Source of the DNA: Candidatus Hydrogenedentota bacterium | Lineage (GTDB): Bacteria; Hydrogenedentota; Hydrogenedentia; Hydrogenedentales; SLHB01 | Length of the DNA stretch: 64,000 nucleotides | Assembly: GCA_963674865.2 (NCBI GenBank) | Contig: CAXXYE010000009.1 | Span: forward strand, 256,001 to 320,000 | Reading direction: 5' to 3' | Part shown: positions 20,673 to 30,621 of the stretch, piece after piece | Position numbering within the stretch: the stretch's first letter is position 1 | Layout of the letters: the number at the start of each line of letters is the position of its first letter | The notes under the pieces: model-generated | What the model saw: the letters and a program-made list of their open reading frames with translations, nothing else | Databases searched by the model: none | What the model was told of the DNA's origin: nothing | Made by a program: the position numbers and the translations under genes

Positions 20673-21464
20673 ATGCTCTTTGTCATTGATGTTGGAAACT
20701 CACAAACCGTGCCGGGGCTGTATGAGGGGGACACGCTGCGTGCTCATTGGCGCGTCTCCACCATTGGCCACCGGACGGCTGACGAGCTGCGCATCCTCTT
20801 GACGATGCTGCTCCGGGGCGAAGGCATCGCGCCAGAGGCCGTCACGGGCTGCTGCATCTCGAGCGTTGTGCCTCAGCTCAACGCGGCCCTTCTCCAGGTG
20901 TCCCAAGACATGTTTCACGTGGATCCGGTGATGATTGGCCCCGGCGTCAAAACGGGCCTCGTGATTCAAGTGGATAATCCGCGCGAAGTCGGCGCCGACC
21001 GCATTGTCAATGCGGTGGCGGCCGTCAAGGAATACGGTACACCCCTGATCATCATCGATCTCGGCACGGCGACCACGCTCGACGCGATCTCCGAACAGGC
21101 CGAGTACCGGGGCGGCGTCATCTTGCCGGGGATCTTCCTGGCGAGCGACGTCCTGTTCGAACGCTGCGCCCAACTGCCGCGCGTCGAGTTGACGGTGCCG
21201 CCTGCCGTGATCGGGCGCAACACCGTGACGTGTATCCAGGCCGGCCTCACCTATGGCTACGCCGAACTCGTCGATGGATTGATCGGCAGAATGGCCGCAG
21301 AGATGGGCGGCTCGCCCAAAGTAATCGCAACGGGCGGCTTGGCCAACGTGATCGCCGGAGTCGCCCGGAAGATTGACACCGTCGATCCCCTACTGACGCT
21401 CAAGGGCCTGAAGACCGTCTTCGATAGAAACGCCACGGCCGGCCCGCGGGCGGAACAGCCTTGA
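20673..21464 (+). CDS. coaX: Type III pantothenate kinase
   Basis: DVGNS, EVGADR, DLGTATT, GGVILPG, ATGG. Confidence 0.95.
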   Translation: MLFVIDVGNSQTVPGLYEGDTLRAHWRVSTIGHRTADELRILLTMLLRGEGIAPEAVTGCCISSVVPQLNAALLQVSQDMFHVDPVMIGPGVKTGLVIQVDNPREVGADRIVNAVAAVKEYGTPLIIIDLGTATTLDAISEQAEYRGGVILPGIFLASDVLFERCAQLPRVELTVPPAVIGRNTVTCIQAGLTYGYAELVDGLIGRMAAEMGGSPKVIATGGLANVIAGVARKIDTVDPLLTLKGLKTVFDRNATAGPRAEQP

Positions 21465-22174
21465 CGCCGACATTGCCGGGGGCGACCTTCAGAAACACTG
21501 CTGTCTTGAAGACACGAATTCGACATATCGCCGTATCTTCAGCCGATGCGGCGCGGACATGCCGCGCTTGCGGCACGAGTCTGAGCGTCTTCGCAGCGCT
21601 TCTGCTGGCTGGCTGTCTGGCGAGCTGCGGCGGCGCCAACCCGCCCGCGAATCCGCCCGTCGCACCGGTTGTCGAGGATGATCCGGCGCCACCCGCCGAC
21701 GCGCTCGAAGGCGGCGGCGATATTGTCTGGCGCGTCTTCGACGATTCCGGCGCCGGCGCGGGGCCGGAGAAGCCGACGATGATCATCAAGAGTCCAAAGG
21801 CGTCGCAGACGGGCGACAATGACTGGGTTTTTGAGAATGCGGAAGTGACCCTATACAATCGCGAGGGGCGGACGACGACCCTCGATGCCGCGCGCGGCGA
21901 GCTTCAGTATATTGAGGGGCAAGTGCGTGAAGAGGCCCTCGGCCACATGCTGCTGACGGATGGTGTTCGTCTTCGGACGGACACGATGGAAATTGAGTTG
22001 GCCGACCTTCGATGGCAACCGGAAACACGGACAATGTTTTCAGATAATCCCGTGTCGCTGCGCGATGGTGAGACGGAGTTGCACGCCGCGGGCCTTCGGT
22101 TCGCTCCCGACACAGGTGAGCTTACCCTCAAGGAAGTCCGGGGGACGCTGGAATTCAAACGGAGAATAGATTAA
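21461..22174 (+). CDS. LptC-like LPS export protein
   Basis: Hydrophobic/lipobox-like N-terminus, beta-jellyroll-like C-terminal part, directly upstream of lptA-like and lptB genes. Confidence 0.6.
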   Translation: MTPTLPGATFRNTAVLKTRIRHIAVSSADAARTCRACGTSLSVFAALLLAGCLASCGGANPPANPPVAPVVEDDPAPPADALEGGGDIVWRVFDDSGAGAGPEKPTMIIKSPKASQTGDNDWVFENAEVTLYNREGRTTTLDAARGELQYIEGQVREEALGHMLLTDGVRLRTDTMEIELADLRWQPETRTMFSDNPVSLRDGETELHAAGLRFAPDTGELTLKEVRGTLEFKRRID

Positions 22175-23112
22175 TGAGCAAGGGCTGCACACGGTACCGG
22201 TGTGTTGTAGGCGTTACATTGGCCGTCGCGGCTTGTGTCTGTGCGGCGGGCCAACAGGCGCCGACTCGATTCGACTTCGACAAGTTCACTGCCAACTACA
22301 TCGGGGAATTCATCGTCAAAGAGGGGGAATTCCTCGAATGGACGGACGGTGTGGACGTTGTCCTACAGCCGGACGACCCAGAGATGAAGCCCCTGCGCCT
22401 GCGGGCGCGTGAGTTCCATTTCACCTATGCCTCGGAAGGGGCCGTCCGGGTCCTTGCGCTGATTACCATGCTGGGCGAGGTGGTGATCAATTACCCAGAG
22501 ATTGGAGAGATGAGCGCCGGCCGCGCCGAGTGGGATCAGCGGACGGGCCTCATCGCGCTCACCGAGCATCCTCAGGCCCTGCTCAAGAGCGCCGGCGGTG
22601 CGCCGATCAAAGGCGAAAAGATCGTGCTGAATCCTGATGAGGGACTTTTCCGCGTGGTGAAACTCACCGATTCTGAGATCGACCTCAGCGCCATGCGTGC
22701 GGCGAGCAAGAAGGAAATCGATCCATCGCTCCTGGCTGTTGCCGACGTGCGGGACTTCACCGGCCTTGTGGCGAAGGTTCAGGCGGACGCCGCCGCCGAA
22801 AAGCCTTCCCCCGGCAAGCGGCTCGTAAGTCTGCTGGCGGATGATGCGCGGACGTTCTTCTTGTCCATGACGGCCCAACAGGCGGCCGATCCGGGACTCC
22901 AAGCGCGTATCGCCAAGGAATTCAACCGTGTCCTAGTCCGGCGCGATTTCTACACCGCCGAATCGTGGCAGGGCATCGAGCTCGGCTCCGAGGCGAAGGC
23001 CCTGCTCGCGCAAGGTGTCGACGCCCTTGAGCCTAGCAAAGTGACGCGGCTGAACCGGCTCTTATTCCAGGCGGCGTACGCCAATCACTTTGCGCCGCCG
23101 GCCGCCCAATAG
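22174..23112 (+). CDS. LptA/OstA-like periplasmic protein with an extra C-terminal helical domain
   Basis: Signal peptide, beta-rich pattern (GEVVI, AGRAEWD, GEKIVLN), position between lptC-like gene and lptB. Confidence 0.5.
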   Translation: MSKGCTRYRCVVGVTLAVAACVCAAGQQAPTRFDFDKFTANYIGEFIVKEGEFLEWTDGVDVVLQPDDPEMKPLRLRAREFHFTYASEGAVRVLALITMLGEVVINYPEIGEMSAGRAEWDQRTGLIALTEHPQALLKSAGGAPIKGEKIVLNPDEGLFRVVKLTDSEIDLSAMRAASKKEIDPSLLAVADVRDFTGLVAKVQADAAAEKPSPGKRLVSLLADDARTFFLSMTAQQAADPGLQARIAKEFNRVLVRRDFYTAESWQGIELGSEAKALLAQGVDALEPSKVTRLNRLLFQAAYANHFAPPAAQ

Positions 23113-23133
23113 GCCTGGTGAAGGAGGCCCGCC

Positions 23134-23877
23134 GTGCCGGACAGAAGTGATGTGGTGTTGCGCACCGAGAATCTTGTCAAGCAGTTCAGCCGCCGCACGG
23201 TTGTCCGTGACGTATCCATCGAACTCGCCCCCGGCGAGGTCGTCGGTCTCCTCGGCCCCAACGGCGCGGGAAAGACCACCACCTTCCGCATGACGGTGGG
23301 CCTTCTCCGGCCCAACCGTGGCCACATCTGGTTCCGCAATCGCGACGTGACTCGGCTTCCCATGTACCGCCGCGCCCGCGAAGGCATGGCGTACCTTCCT
23401 CAGGAGCCCTCCGTGTTCCGCCAGCTCACCGTCCGGCAGAACCTCCTCGCCATTCTCGAGTACCAGCCGATGACGCGCGCCGCCCGGCGTGAAAAGGCCG
23501 ACGCCCTGCTCGAAGAACTGGGCGTCGCACACGTCGCCGATAACTTCGCCTATAGCCTGTCCGGCGGGGAGCGCCGACGGACGGAGATCTGCCGTGCCCT
23601 CGTTACCGAGCCGAAGGTCTTCCTACTCGACGAGCCGTTCGCGGGCATCGATCCCATCGCCGTGGCCGACCTCCAGGAAACGGTGGCCCACCTCAAGGAC
23701 AAAGGGATCGGCGTATTGATCACCGACCACAACGTCCGCGACACCCTCGCTATCACCGATCGCGCCTACATCATCAGCGAGGGCAGCGTCATATGCGCAG
23801 GGACGCCGAAGGAGATTGCCGAGAATCCCACCGCACGGGAAATTTACCTCGGCGAGAAGTTCAGGATGGATTTCTAG
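23134..23877 (+). CDS. lptB: LPS export ABC transporter ATP-binding protein
   Basis: [50 protein letters not shown]. Confidence 0.95.
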   Translation: MPDRSDVVLRTENLVKQFSRRTVVRDVSIELAPGEVVGLLGPNGAGKTTTFRMTVGLLRPNRGHIWFRNRDVTRLPMYRRAREGMAYLPQEPSVFRQLTVRQNLLAILEYQPMTRAARREKADALLEELGVAHVADNFAYSLSGGERRRTEICRALVTEPKVFLLDEPFAGIDPIAVADLQETVAHLKDKGIGVLITDHNVRDTLAITDRAYIISEGSVICAGTPKEIAENPTAREIYLGEKFRMDF

Positions 23878-23917
23878 GAATCCGGCCTGAAAGCGCGGTT
23901 CCTGGCAGAGTGCGGCC
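23874..23917. repeat. Truncated inverted copy of the CTAG MITE-like element
   Basis: Reverse complement GGCCGCACTCTGCCAGGAACCGCGCTTTCAGGCCGGATTCCTAG matches 19866-19909. Confidence 0.8.
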
Positions 23918-24868
23918 TCAGCCCTTCTTCTCCGCGCGTTCGGCTTCGTACTGCTCGAGTGTCTTGCGGAGCAAGCGGCGCCGGGCCGGATAATCCGCTA
24001 CCAGAGCTACCGCCTCTTGCTGGTACTCGATGGCCTTGTCGAGGTCGCCGAGTTCGTAGAAGGCGCGCGCGTAGGTATCCACAATCTCCGCGGCCTGGCC
24101 ATCCGATGCATCGTACGCCGCCTTGGCAACGCGAAGTGCGTAATCCAGGTTCCTGTACTCGATGCGGCGATTTGTCAGGATATCCCACGATAGCCGGTTG
24201 AACATGAACGGATCCCAGCCGTACTTCAGAATCTGTTCGCCGATCTCGTCCGCTTTGCCCGGATTCTCGCCCGTGACGGCGAGGTCCACGTATTGCTGGT
24301 ACCATTCCCCGATTTTCTGAGCGGCCTCGACGTCGTAAGTCCCGTCCAGGACCTTTGTCAACACCCCATCCAGCCCCGAGAGCGGATGTCCTTCCCAAAC
24401 AATGGCCCCCGACTTGTCTACGACAAAAGAGTGTGGTATGCCTTCGAGTCCGAAGGCCTCAATGTATGCCTTACTGGTTGCCTGATTCGCATCAGCCGCC
24501 ACGACGTAGTTGATCTTGTTGCCGGCCTTGTCGACGAAGGCGCTGACGATATCGGCGTTTTCAGCGCTAACGCCGACGAGAACGACGCCCTGATCCCGGA
24601 ACTTCTCTTGGATGGTGCAGAGATGGGAAATCGCGTAGACGCACGGGGCGCACCACGTCGCCCAGAAGTCGATTACGTAGACCTTCTCGCCCTTTCCCGA
24701 TGCGAGGTCCACCGGCCCCCCTTTCACCCATTGCGCGATCTGCAGCGGCGGCGCCGGATCGCCCAATTTCATGGTTGCGGGCGGCGGGGGGGCTGATAGC
24801 AGACAGCCGGAAAGCGCAACAGACACCAAGCTCACGACAAGAGCAACGGGGGCGTGCCCTATTCGCAT
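23918..24868 (-). CDS. TlpA/redoxin-family lipoprotein with C-terminal TPR
   Basis: Lipobox LSGC, FWATWCAPC, GIP, TPR-like DTYARAFYELG. Confidence 0.88.
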   Translation of the reverse strand: MRIGHAPVALVVSLVSVALSGCLLSAPPPPATMKLGDPAPPLQIAQWVKGGPVDLASGKGEKVYVIDFWATWCAPCVYAISHLCTIQEKFRDQGVVLVGVSAENADIVSAFVDKAGNKINYVVAADANQATSKAYIEAFGLEGIPHSFVVDKSGAIVWEGHPLSGLDGVLTKVLDGTYDVEAAQKIGEWYQQYVDLAVTGENPGKADEIGEQILKYGWDPFMFNRLSWDILTNRRIEYRNLDYALRVAKAAYDASDGQAAEIVDTYARAFYELGDLDKAIEYQQEAVALVADYPARRRLLRKTLEQYEAERAEKKG

Positions 24869-24937
24869 GGCAGTCTCCTCCTCCCGGCGGCGTCAACGCC
24901 ATCATGTTCTCGCGGCCATGACCGGCCGTGTCGCGGC

Positions 24938-26983
24938 TTACTGCGTGAAGGCGATGGCGTGTCCGTCGAGGTCTGTCAGCCTGACGCAGAACTCCCACCC
25001 GCCGCCGTACTGCGTGATCTTCACAAGGATGACGTTCTCGCCTGCTTCGAGATGCGCACGCTGGATGTCGCTGTCGAGAACCAGCGTCCGGCCCACCTCG
25101 TTCTGATGTATCGCGGCGCCGTTGAGCCAGCAGGCAATCCCGTCGTTGCTGCCCATCTTCACCAGCACGTCCTGGGCTTCGCTCACCTTCACGATGGCCC
25201 GCCCGTAGGCGAGGCCGCTGCCTTCAGATGTGTAGATCTCGTGTAGCGGCGCCACGCCCGCCGGATCATCCGTCTCCCATGTGGCCCACGCCACCTGCGC
25301 TCCGTCGGCGCCCTCGTATCGGGCGTTGCGTTTGTACTCTACCTCCGGCGGATACGCCAGGTTGAAGTCGGTGTATGGGAACGGGCCAATCAAATCCCAA
25401 CGCGTAATGCACCCGCGGCGCGCCGCGGCGCCGCCGAGGCCCAAGGCCTCCAAGCCTCTTGCTGCCCGGGCGATCAAGGCGCGATTGGACGCCCCGCTCA
25501 ACACCACGTCGAATATCGTCGCCGCCTTGTCCCGATCCTCGGCTGTCAACTTCTCGGCAATGGACAGCGCGCATACAGCCAGATCATTGTGGAGTTCCTC
25601 CTCGCCGACGAATCGCTGGAGGTACGGAAGCGAACGCGGACTTGCGATGGCCGCCATGCCCGCCAACGGCTGCTTGCGTTGAACATGCGTCTCTGCCAAG
25701 TCCAGCGCCGCGTGATACATGCCTAGCGCTTTCTGAGCGTCGCCCGCAAGCATGACTTCATCCGCCGCGTTGGTGTAGGCCTGGAGCGCCGCCGCCCGCT
25801 CGCCCTCGGCTCCCTGACGCGCGATATCCAAACACCGCCCAGTGTATGTAACGCGCACCTCAGGTGTCTCGCCAAGCAGTTCGAGGGCGGTAATCCTGAC
25901 ATCGATATCCTCGCAGTCCATTGCCCGCTCGATCATCGGAACAGCTTCCTTCGCGTCACGCGTATGAAGCACCTCGAGGATGGCGCGTTTCAGCGCCGGG
26001 CAAGCCGTTCCGTATCGCGCCCGCAGCAACCTGTCGACGCGATGCCCCTTCAAGGCCATCAACGCCTCGACGGCGACCCCGCGCACCTCGGGCCGCTCAG
26101 AGGCCAGATACGGCAGAATACGCCGCGCGGCGCCGCTCTTCCCGACATGCCCAAGTCCCACGATCGCGGCGGCTACGGCCTTGGGCTCTGTGTCCGATGC
26201 TGCCAACAAATCGGCGTACATGCGCCGGGCGCGCGCGGGCTGCTGCTGCTCGGCCAGCATCAAGTAGGCCGACAAGGCATTGGGGCAGCGGCACCCCTTG
26301 TACTTCTCCCAGAGGATAGCGCGCGCCGATGGATCTCCGGCCCGGCCCAGCGCTTCATATAATGCGCAGCAGCAACTACTTTCCGGACACTTGGCCTCCT
26401 GGATCAAAGCCTGGACGGCCTTGTCGCCGCCGATGGCCCCCAGGGCATTGATGATGGCCACGCGTTCGGTATCGCGCGCGGCAGGCAGCTTATCGGCAAG
26501 GCCCGCCGCGGCCTCATCGCCGGCGATGGCCTGTAATGCGAACACGGCCATGTTGAAAGCGTCCGGACTCTCCATCAAGGCCAGAAGCGTTGGTACGGCC
26601 TCAGGCCCACCGGTGTATGAAAGCAGCCATAACAGCCAGTCGCGTCCCCGCCGCGTCCTGGCGTCTTCAGCCGCCCCGCACAGCGCGGCGCTTGCCGCTG
26701 CCCTGGTTGTCTCCGAGTCCGAAGCTGCTCCGACAATCTTCTCGAGGGCCACTTTCGCCGCGCGGGCGACGGCCGGGTCGGCACAGTCAAGCAGCGGCGC
26801 CACGGCGGGGATCGCCTCGGGGCCGAACCTGCCCGCCCCTTCGTAGGCCGACGCCTGTGTCGACGCATCATCGCCCGACAGCGCGGCAACCAGATCCTCG
26901 ATCTCGCCTGCATTCGCGGCCGACATGGCCAAAATCGCCGCAAAGCCCAGGAAGGCCGCGATGGATTTCATTCTCATTCTCAC
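24938..26983 (-). CDS. Secreted HEAT-repeat protein with a C-terminal beta-sandwich domain
   Basis: Signal peptide, repeated ALG/AL helix pairs, C-terminal WDLIGPF..GSNDG..WLNG..LEAGEN.ILVK. Confidence 0.8.
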   Translation of the reverse strand: MRMRMKSIAAFLGFAAILAMSAANAGEIEDLVAALSGDDASTQASAYEGAGRFGPEAIPAVAPLLDCADPAVARAAKVALEKIVGAASDSETTRAAASAALCGAAEDARTRRGRDWLLWLLSYTGGPEAVPTLLALMESPDAFNMAVFALQAIAGDEAAAGLADKLPAARDTERVAIINALGAIGGDKAVQALIQEAKCPESSCCCALYEALGRAGDPSARAILWEKYKGCRCPNALSAYLMLAEQQQPARARRMYADLLAASDTEPKAVAAAIVGLGHVGKSGAARRILPYLASERPEVRGVAVEALMALKGHRVDRLLRARYGTACPALKRAILEVLHTRDAKEAVPMIERAMDCEDIDVRITALELLGETPEVRVTYTGRCLDIARQGAEGERAAALQAYTNAADEVMLAGDAQKALGMYHAALDLAETHVQRKQPLAGMAAIASPRSLPYLQRFVGEEELHNDLAVCALSIAEKLTAEDRDKAATIFDVVLSGASNRALIARAARGLEALGLGGAAARRGCITRWDLIGPFPYTDFNLAYPPEVEYKRNARYEGADGAQVAWATWETDDPAGVAPLHEIYTSEGSGLAYGRAIVKVSEAQDVLVKMGSNDGIACWLNGAAIHQNEVGRTLVLDSDIQRAHLEAGENVILVKITQYGGGWEFCVRLTDLDGHAIAFTQ

Positions 26984-27019
26984 TCCTCCGTTAGGAAATG
27001 CTCTGAAAGGCCCGCTTCT

Positions 27020-28336
27020 TTAGGCCAAGTGCCATGGGGCGCGCATGGGTTTCTCGATCATCCGGTTCGCTGCGGTATCGCCAGGGAACACCTCCGTGGC
27101 GGGGTCGTACGCCACGGGACGCCCAACGCGGAAAGCGATGTTGCCCAGATGGGATAGGCACGTCGAGCGATGCCCGATAGCCACATCGCATATGGGCCGT
27201 TTACGCGTGCGCATCGCGTTAAGGAAATCCTGATGGTGGCCCGGCGAGTCGTACAAACGCACATCGTTCGGCCCCAGACCTTCATTGATGCTCTTGCCGG
27301 GCTTCGGATGGACGGTGTAACGATCGCGGTTCACGAACACCTCGCCTTCCGTCCCATAGAACTTAGTGCCGTATCCCTGGCCCACCTCGAAGATCTCACC
27401 CGAGCCTTGACGCCATTCGAGCGTCACGTCCCCGTAGTCGTAGACGACATCCAGCGTGCGCGGGAACTCGTAGAGGTTCTCCTCGAACATCTCCCCTTTG
27501 GCCTCGACGCGCCGTGGGCTCGTGTCATCCTTGCCCGCGCCCCACTGGGCGATGTCGAACAGGTGGACGCCCCAGTCCGTGAGCAGCCCGCCGGAATAGT
27601 CACGGAAATACCGGAACTGATAAGGATGGATGTAGCGGTTATACCGGCGCCAGGGGGCCGGCCCGAGCCATAGGTTCCAGTCCAGATAGGAGGGCGGCTC
27701 TTCATCCGGATAGTAATCCTGGCGGGGATTCGGGCCAAAAAAGCACACCATCCGCTGCAATTCGCCGATGCGCCCGTTCCGGACGAGTTCGCACGCGTGC
27801 AGAAACTGCTTCTGATCGCTGCGCTGCTGCGTACCCATCTGGACCACCCGTCCATATCGCCGCGCCGTCTCCACCATTTTCCGCCCCTCGGCGATGGTGA
27901 GCGTGAGTGGTTTCTCGCAGTACACATCCTTGCCGGCTTCCATCGCGGCGATGGCGGCCAACGCGTGCCAGTGATCGGGCGTGGCCACGAAGATAGCGTC
28001 GAGATCCGGCCGTGCGAGCATCTCCCGGAAATCATTGTACGTGTCGATACTGACGCCCGCTTGCGCAGCGCACTCCTTCGCGCTATCGCGCCGCTGTCCA
28101 TCCGGATCCGCCGCCGCGGCGATATGGACCTCGGGATGCTCCAGCAGGCGATCGAAATGGCTCCGCCCCATGCCCCCGACGCCGATAAAGCCCAGTACAA
28201 CCTTATCGTTCGCCCCGACGCTGCGGGCCGCGGCATACACGGCCCTTCGCGGCGCCAGTACGCCGAGTCCACCGCCTACCGCCGCCGCGCCCGCCCGGTG
28301 TAGAAACTGCCGCCGTGTCACGCCCTTACGTTTCAT
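27020..28336 (-). CDS. Tat-exported Gfo/Idh/MocA oxidoreductase
   Basis: TRRQFL Tat motif, GVGGMG, ATPDHWH, CEKP, GTQQRS, DWGVH. Confidence 0.93.
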   Translation of the reverse strand: MKRKGVTRRQFLHRAGAAAVGGGLGVLAPRRAVYAAARSVGANDKVVLGFIGVGGMGRSHFDRLLEHPEVHIAAAADPDGQRRDSAKECAAQAGVSIDTYNDFREMLARPDLDAIFVATPDHWHALAAIAAMEAGKDVYCEKPLTLTIAEGRKMVETARRYGRVVQMGTQQRSDQKQFLHACELVRNGRIGELQRMVCFFGPNPRQDYYPDEEPPSYLDWNLWLGPAPWRRYNRYIHPYQFRYFRDYSGGLLTDWGVHLFDIAQWGAGKDDTSPRRVEAKGEMFEENLYEFPRTLDVVYDYGDVTLEWRQGSGEIFEVGQGYGTKFYGTEGEVFVNRDRYTVHPKPGKSINEGLGPNDVRLYDSPGHHQDFLNAMRTRKRPICDVAIGHRSTCLSHLGNIAFRVGRPVAYDPATEVFPGDTAANRMIEKPMRAPWHLA

Positions 28337-28522
28337 GCTCGACCCTCCCGCTGAAACATCATTGTCAACGCGCTCAACGATAGCACCGCGACATCACCGG
28401 TTCCAAGCCTCACAAGGCGAATAGCGGCGCGCATCCTCTTCTATCTACGCCTGGATTTCCCCGCACAACGCCCGGCAAGATAACATGGAAACAACGAACC
28501 GCTCGCAACAGGAGGCCCATCC

Positions 28523-29836
28523 ATGTTCGCTATTGTCCTTGCCGCCGCGTCGGCAATAGAACCGCCCCTCCCCATGGTATTCCTCTTGCCGGAAGACGTC
28601 CTCGACGCCAGCGGCGTTCGCATCGAGGCGCAGAAGCCCATGCCCGGCATGAAGCTCATCGAAGCCGACACCGCCCGCCCATCGCTGTGGCATGCTCCCA
28701 CTGCCACGCGTCAAACCGGGGATACCGTCACGATCTGGTACCAGCGTCCCGATAATGGCGAAGCGGATTACGCCGATCGGCGCGTACTGTGCATTGGGGA
28801 GCTCCGCGCCGGCGTGTGGTCCTTGCCCGCGCTGCATCCTGAGGCCCCTCCCTGGGGCGGGCCGAATAACATATGCATGCGCCGCTCGCCTCACGAGCCG
28901 ACGTGGGGAGGATTCAACGTATTCCAACTGGCCGACACGGCACACGGCCTCGCCATGCTCTACTGGGATCAGCCGGAGAAGGGCCTCGCGGGCGGCATGC
29001 TCGCCACCTCGGCCGACGGCCGCGTCTGGGAGAAGATTCCCGGGGAAGCCGTGTTTACCGAGCACAACGATGCATTCACCTTGCTCCGGCAGGGCGAGGA
29101 ATGCCTCCTCTATCAAACCAAGCTCGAGGACTGGCCCGATAAGCCTTATCCCGATAACCTCGACAAGAAACGCCGCGTTCAATCACTCCGCGTATCAAAG
29201 GATCTCCGAAGCTGGACGCCTCAGGAGGTGTTTCTGAGGCCCGACGAGCAGGATCGCCCCGAAGCCGAGTTCTATCTCATGAAGGCCTTCCCTTATGGCC
29301 GGGCGTACGCCGCACTGCTCATGAAGTACTTCGGCGATCCCAAACGGCCCAAAGAGCACAGCGCCATCCTCGAATACGAACTGATCGTCAGCCCGGACGC
29401 ACGCACTTGGCAGCGGCCTTTCCGCGATACCGACCTTGGCTTCTGGACTTACGCCGACCCCTTCACGCTCAACGGCCGATGGCATTTCCCCGTTGGCCGG
29501 GAAGGGGGCATGGAAACCGTCGCATACGAGCCGCACCGCCTTGTCGCCGTGGTGGCGGCTACGGAGGGGACTTTCAGTACCAAGCCGCTCGATCTTCCCG
29601 AGACGCCCCTCACTCTCAATGCGGACGCACGCGACGGATGGATCGAGATACAGCCACTCGACATACACGGGCAACCTATCAGCGATCTTCCCCCCGCCCA
29701 CATCGAAGGAGTAAACGGGACATGCCTGCCCATAGCCTGGAATGGCCGCTCCTCAACCGAGCTCGGCGTAGGCCGCTGCCGCCTCGGTTTCCGCCTCAAC
29801 AACGCGCGGGTGTTCGCTGTGGGCTTCGCGTCCTAG
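28523..29836 (+). CDS. Hypothetical secreted protein, glycoside-hydrolase-like propeller plus beta-sandwich
   Basis: Asp-box-like S.DG..W repeats (SADGRVW, SKDLRSW, SPDARTW); C-terminal LTLNAD domain. Confidence 0.6.
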   Translation: MFAIVLAAASAIEPPLPMVFLLPEDVLDASGVRIEAQKPMPGMKLIEADTARPSLWHAPTATRQTGDTVTIWYQRPDNGEADYADRRVLCIGELRAGVWSLPALHPEAPPWGGPNNICMRRSPHEPTWGGFNVFQLADTAHGLAMLYWDQPEKGLAGGMLATSADGRVWEKIPGEAVFTEHNDAFTLLRQGEECLLYQTKLEDWPDKPYPDNLDKKRRVQSLRVSKDLRSWTPQEVFLRPDEQDRPEAEFYLMKAFPYGRAYAALLMKYFGDPKRPKEHSAILEYELIVSPDARTWQRPFRDTDLGFWTYADPFTLNGRWHFPVGREGGMETVAYEPHRLVAVVAATEGTFSTKPLDLPETPLTLNADARDGWIEIQPLDIHGQPISDLPPAHIEGVNGTCLPIAWNGRSSTELGVGRCRLGFRLNNARVFAVGFAS

Positions 29837-30342
29837 ACCTCGCTACGGGCGATGGCGCACCGAAGGCCCTTCGCCGTGTAGATTTCGCGGCCGTCCACGG
29901 ACACCGTGCCGTCGGCGACGCACATCGTCAGTTTCAGTGGCACCAGGCGCCTTACTTGAATGTGGTACGCCACTACCTTCGCGCTCGGCCGCGCCTCTCC
30001 CGAGAACCGGACCTCATCGACCCCCATCGCGCGAACCTTCCCCTGATAGCCTTTCCAGGCGAGGAAGAATCCCGTTAGCTGCAGCAAGCCTTCGATTCCC
30101 AGCGATCCCGGCATGAGAGGATCGTCGGGAAAATGGCATCCAAAAAACCACAGATCAGGCCGAATATCCAGTTCGGCAATCGCCTCCCCCTTTCCATGCT
30201 GCCCGCCGTCCTCGGTGATATTGACGACCCGATCGAGCATGAGCATGTTAGGGGAAGGAAGCCGCACGCTATTCGGCCCGAATAACTCTCCACGGGTGCA
30301 GCGGATAATGTCTTCATAATCGTAGGCGTTTGCTTGAGACAC
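29833..30342 (-). CDS. fabA: FabA-like 3-hydroxyacyl-ACP dehydratase
   Basis: GELFGP..LP.PNMLMLDR, GG.HGKG, DLWFF.CHF..DP.MPG.LG, ADG.V.VDG..IYTA. Confidence 0.85.
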   Translation of the reverse strand: MSQANAYDYEDIIRCTRGELFGPNSVRLPSPNMLMLDRVVNITEDGGQHGKGEAIAELDIRPDLWFFGCHFPDDPLMPGSLGIEGLLQLTGFFLAWKGYQGKVRAMGVDEVRFSGEARPSAKVVAYHIQVRRLVPLKLTMCVADGTVSVDGREIYTAKGLRCAIARSEV

Positions 30343-30545
30343 GTTCAGAATCCTCTTTCGTCGTCGCTATGAGTAGATCTGGGATGGCGGCGTATTTTCA
30401 CGCGAGTCCGAACTAATGCCGGATACTATGGCCGCCGAATGTGAGTATAACCGATCTACCTACTTGCGTCATCCCGTCCATTCGCGTCCGTCTCCTGGCG
30501 CGGGCGACAGGGCGGGGCCGGTGGGCGTTCACCCCACACTTGGTG

Positions 30546-30574
30546 TTGACACAGGACGCTCCCCATGCTATAGT
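30546..30574 (+). promoter_or_regulatory. Sigma70-type promoter
   Basis: TTGACA-17 bp-TATAGT with TG extension, upstream of the ORF at 30622. Confidence 0.7.
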
Positions 30575-30621
30575 TACATACGCATACAGCTATTGTATTC
30601 GGTAACACGCGGGGGTGCGCC

